In this document: positions 61,138-64,000 of the stretch, in pieces | How the letters are laid out: each line of letters opens with the position of its first letter | Numbering within the stretch: the stretch's first letter is position 1 | Assembly: GCA_965207685.1 (NCBI GenBank) | Contig: OZ242294.1 | Location: forward strand, 1,635,229 to 1,699,228 | Length of the DNA: 64,000 nucleotides | Source of the DNA: Thermodesulfobacteriota bacterium | Lineage (GTDB): Bacteria; Desulfobacterota_D; UBA1144; Nemesobacterales; Nemesobacteraceae | Direction of reading: 5' to 3' | Program-made: the position numbers and the translations under genes | The notes under the pieces: model-generated | Seen by the model: only the letters and a program-made list of their open reading frames with translations | What the model was told of the DNA's origin: nothing | Database searches by the model: none

Positions 61138-62622
61138 ATGGGTGATCCCACAGGTTTTATGAATTACGAAAGGAAGCTCGGACCTGACAGGGATCCTGCC
61201 CGCAGAATCAGCGACTGGGACGAATTTCACGGCCATCTCCCCGAAAAAGAGCTTGCCAACCAGGGTGCGAGGTGCATGGACTGCGGGGTTCCCTTCTGCC
61301 AGACGGGCAAGATAATCGGCGGCCTGACCGCCGGGTGTCCCATAAACAACCTCATACCCGAGTGGAACGACCTGATTCACTCGGGACTCTGGAGGGAGGC
61401 TCTCGAGAGGCTTCACAAGACGAATAATTTCCCCGAGTTCACGGGCCGGATATGCCCCGCTCCCTGCGAGGGGTCGTGCGTTCTGGGCATTAACGAGCCC
61501 GCGGTCACCATAAAGAGCATAGAGTGCGCCATAGTGGACAGGGGTTTTGAGGAAGGGTGGATAATCCCCGAGCCCCCCGAGATCAGAACCGGGAAGAAAG
61601 TCGCCGTCATAGGCTCCGGGCCCGCGGGACTTTCATGCGCCGCGCAGCTTAACAAGGCTGGGCACCTGGTCACCGTGTTTGAGAGGGACGACCGGATCGG
61701 CGGACTGCTCATGTACGGAATTCCCAATCCCCACCTTGACAAGAAAATAGTCGACCGCCGAGTCGATATACTCGCGGAGGAGGGAATCGAGTTCGTCACC
61801 AACACGGAAGTGGGAGTGGATATCGACGGAAACGAACTCGTGGAGAACTTTGACGCGGTCGTTGTATGCACGGGAGCGACGAAAGCCAGGGACCTTCCGA
61901 TTGAGGGAAGGGACCTTGGGGGAATCCACTTCGCCATGGAGTTTTTGAAGGCGAACACGAAGAGCCTTCTTGACAGCGGGCTCGCCGACGGCCGCTACAT
62001 CTCTGCCGCAGACAAGGACGTTATCATTCTCGGGGGCGGCGACACCGGAACCGACTGCGTCGCGACTTCCATGAGACACGGATGCAGGAGCCTTCTTCAG
62101 TTCGAAATACTTCCCAAGCCTCCGCTCGAGAGGGCCGCGGATAACCCGTGGCCGCAATGGCCGAGGGTGTACAGGCTTGACTACGGCCAGCAGGAGGCCA
62201 TGGCGGTTTTCGGAGAAGACCCGAGAAGGTACCAGGTTCTTACCAAGAGATTCGTGGGAGACGCAGAGGGCAGGGTGGCGGAACTTGAGACCGTGCGCAT
62301 TGAGTGGTACAGTGGCGATGACGGAAGGATGGCTTTTCGGGAAGTTGAGGGTTCCGAGCAGAAATGGTCGTGCGGGCTTGTGCTTTTAGCCCTCGGATTC
62401 CTGGGCCCCGAGCAGGAACTCCTCCAGCAGATGAATATCAGTACCGACGAGCGCTCAAACGCCATGGCGGAGTACGGAAAGTATATGACGAACGTCGAGG
62501 GAGTTTTCGCCGCAGGGGACTCGCGCAGGGGACAAAGCCTTGTGGTATGGGCTATAAACGAGGGAAGGGAAGCCGCAAGAGAGTGCGACAGGTATCTTAT
62601 GGGATCAACCGACCTTCCATAA
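61138..62622 (+). CDS. gltD: Glutamate synthase small subunit (NADPH)
   Basis: Fe-S cysteine clusters, VAVIGSGPAG FAD/NAD motif. Confidence 0.9.
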   Translation: MGDPTGFMNYERKLGPDRDPARRISDWDEFHGHLPEKELANQGARCMDCGVPFCQTGKIIGGLTAGCPINNLIPEWNDLIHSGLWREALERLHKTNNFPEFTGRICPAPCEGSCVLGINEPAVTIKSIECAIVDRGFEEGWIIPEPPEIRTGKKVAVIGSGPAGLSCAAQLNKAGHLVTVFERDDRIGGLLMYGIPNPHLDKKIVDRRVDILAEEGIEFVTNTEVGVDIDGNELVENFDAVVVCTGATKARDLPIEGRDLGGIHFAMEFLKANTKSLLDSGLADGRYISAADKDVIILGGGDTGTDCVATSMRHGCRSLLQFEILPKPPLERAADNPWPQWPRVYRLDYGQQEAMAVFGEDPRRYQVLTKRFVGDAEGRVAELETVRIEWYSGDDGRMAFREVEGSEQKWSCGLVLLALGFLGPEQELLQQMNISTDERSNAMAEYGKYMTNVEGVFAAGDSRRGQSLVVWAINEGREAARECDRYLMGSTDLP

Positions 62623-62656
62623 ATGTGCTAAACCCGCTGCGAGGAGGAATTTCCAG

Positions 62657-63856
62657 ATGGCCTTCGCTGATCCTAAAGAACAATTAAAGGTAATAAGACG
62701 GGGAACCGAGGCGATAATTCCCGAAGAAGAGCTTCTTTTGAAGCTCGAAGCTTCAAGGGAGAACGATCGCCCCCTCAAGGTAAAGGCAGGGTTTGACCCC
62801 ACCTCCCCCGACCTGCATCTGGGTCACGGGATAATTCTCAAGAAACTCCGGGATTTCCAGACTCTGGGCCACGAGGTTCTTTTCCTCATAGGGGATTTCA
62901 CCGCCTACATAGGAGACCCATCGGGCAGGAGCGAAACCCGCCCGTCGATTTCAAAAGAGGAGATAATAAAGAACTCGAGGACCTATGAGCGCCAGGTTTT
63001 CAGGGTTCTTGACAGAAATAAAACCCAGGTTCTTTCAAACTCCCGCTGGCTCAGCAAGCTCGATCCGGAAGAGCTCCTCGGGCTTACCTCCCTTGTTAAC
63101 GTTTCGCGGATACTTGACCGGGACGATTTCTCAAAGAGGTATAGGGAGGGAGTGTCCATTTCCCTGAGGGAGTTCATATACCCCCTGGTGCAGGCGTATG
63201 ACTCGGTGCAGATGCGCTGCGATGTTGAGCTCGGCGGCACGGACCAGACCTTCAACATACTGCTCGGCCGCGATTTCCAGAGACATTACGGACAGTCCCC
63301 GCAGGTAGGGGTCTTTCTTCCGATACTTGAGGGAACAGACGGGGTAAAGAAGATGTCGAAGTCCCTTGGAAACTACATAGGCCTTGACGAATCTCCGCAG
63401 GATATATACGGGAAGATGATGTCGATTTCTGACGAGCTTATGTGGAGATACTATCTTCTTTTAAGCGCCCGCAGCGAAAAAGAGATACGAAAGTTAAGAA
63501 CCGGGCATCCCATGGACGCGAAAAAAGCGCTTGCCAGGGAGATCGTCTCCTGGCTCCATGACTCCGAGGGTGCCGTGGAAGCCGAACGGGATTTCGAGAC
63601 CAAGTTCTCAAAGAGGTCTTTCCCTGAAGACGCGAAGGAAAAGCCCTACGTTCCCGGCTCTCGCAAGGTAGTTGATCTTGTCCTTGAAGTGTCCGATTCC
63701 GTCAGCACCAAAGGGGCGGCCAAGAGGCTCATATCCCAGGGGGGGCTTATGATAGACGGGGAGAAGTACACCGATCCGAATTCTGAGTTTCCCGATAAAG
63801 CCGCTTTCGAGATTAAGATCGGGAAAAAAGAGTTCCTGAAAGTCGTTATCAAGTAA
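62657..63856 (+). CDS. tyrS: Tyrosine--tRNA ligase
   Basis: HLGHG (HIGH) and KMSKS motifs; C-terminal S4 domain. Confidence 0.95.
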   Translation: MAFADPKEQLKVIRRGTEAIIPEEELLLKLEASRENDRPLKVKAGFDPTSPDLHLGHGIILKKLRDFQTLGHEVLFLIGDFTAYIGDPSGRSETRPSISKEEIIKNSRTYERQVFRVLDRNKTQVLSNSRWLSKLDPEELLGLTSLVNVSRILDRDDFSKRYREGVSISLREFIYPLVQAYDSVQMRCDVELGGTDQTFNILLGRDFQRHYGQSPQVGVFLPILEGTDGVKKMSKSLGNYIGLDESPQDIYGKMMSISDELMWRYYLLLSARSEKEIRKLRTGHPMDAKKALAREIVSWLHDSEGAVEAERDFETKFSKRSFPEDAKEKPYVPGSRKVVDLVLEVSDSVSTKGAAKRLISQGGLMIDGEKYTDPNSEFPDKAAFEIKIGKKEFLKVVIK

Positions 63857-64000
63857 TTTGCCCCGGCTTTTCCTTTTTCCGTACAGTCTGATCCTATAGA
63901 GCCTGCCTATACCGAAATCGCGGAAGTATTAATTAGCTTTAGGACTGTCCGGTAGGTATGCTTGCTGCCTTGTAATGACGGGGAACAAAGCTAACGCGGC

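Noticed and set aside
63857-64000. Possible start of an rRNA or tRNA gene after tyrS
   Set aside because: No match to the 16S 5' end or to a tRNA cloverleaf by eye.
1-64000. CRISPR arrays or other regularly spaced short repeats
   Set aside because: No run of three or more evenly spaced identical repeats of 24-40 bp was seen. The only periodic repeats are the 11-bp-phased TTAAC candidate Pho boxes and the paired motifs at 48.5 kb.

Overview
This is a bacterial chromosomal segment with mostly GC-rich coding sequence. It contains an accessory region of about 15 kb (roughly 2.4-17.7 kb) that is visibly AT-richer, followed by a conserved housekeeping region. No rRNA, tRNA or CRISPR array was recognised by eye.

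Accessory region: it is bracketed by two near-identical, inverted copies of an ISNCY-like insertion sequence (IS) carrying an rve-type integrase-core transposase. Each copy has its own 5-bp target-site duplication (TSD): GGCAC for the left copy and ATTTT for the right copy. The left copy splits an EamA/DMT transporter gene; the first 33 codons now sit 1.4 kb away from the rest. The right copy itself carries a nested IS1182-family element with a 6-bp TSD CGTCTG and 16-bp terminal inverted repeats (IRs).

Between the IS copies lies a low-GC glycan-modification island. It encodes TylF-like and CmcI-like methyltransferases, a Wzx flippase, two GT4 glycosyltransferases, a TupA-like ATP-grasp enzyme, a LicC-like nucleotidyltransferase, and an orphan FtsX/MacB permease with a diverged 3' remnant copy. 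It also holds a frameshifted patatin-like phospholipase next to a 410-aa unknown protein, and a degraded EEP-family (endonuclease/exonuclease/phosphatase) nuclease/phosphatase pseudogene. The neighbouring GC-rich genes encode a secreted EF-hand protein, an ECF sigma / anti-sigma / periplasmic module, a DUF4143 AAA ATPase, DjlA and an exported hypothetical protein.

Downstream of the right IS copy: a TetR-controlled divergent pair (membrane-anchored unknown plus a possible DUF1643 protein), an aminotransferase and an M48 peptidase. Then comes a complete Pho cluster: pstS, long-form pstC and pstA, pstB, phoU, phoR-phoB and an OprO/P-type porin, with 11-bp-periodic TTAAC direct repeats as candidate Pho boxes. 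After that: trpF-trpB-trpA, a DHH phosphoesterase, argC, a translationally coupled acyl-AMP-ligase/ACP pair, nadE, hipBA, a CPBP protease and birA. A 2.08-kb ISAs1-like element (DUF4338 fused to an ISAs1 DDE transposase; 14-bp IRs, 9-bp TSD) sits 134 bp upstream of gltB-gltD, followed by tyrS.

Because of the high GC content, many long antisense ORFs in the six-frame track are shadow ORFs and are not called.
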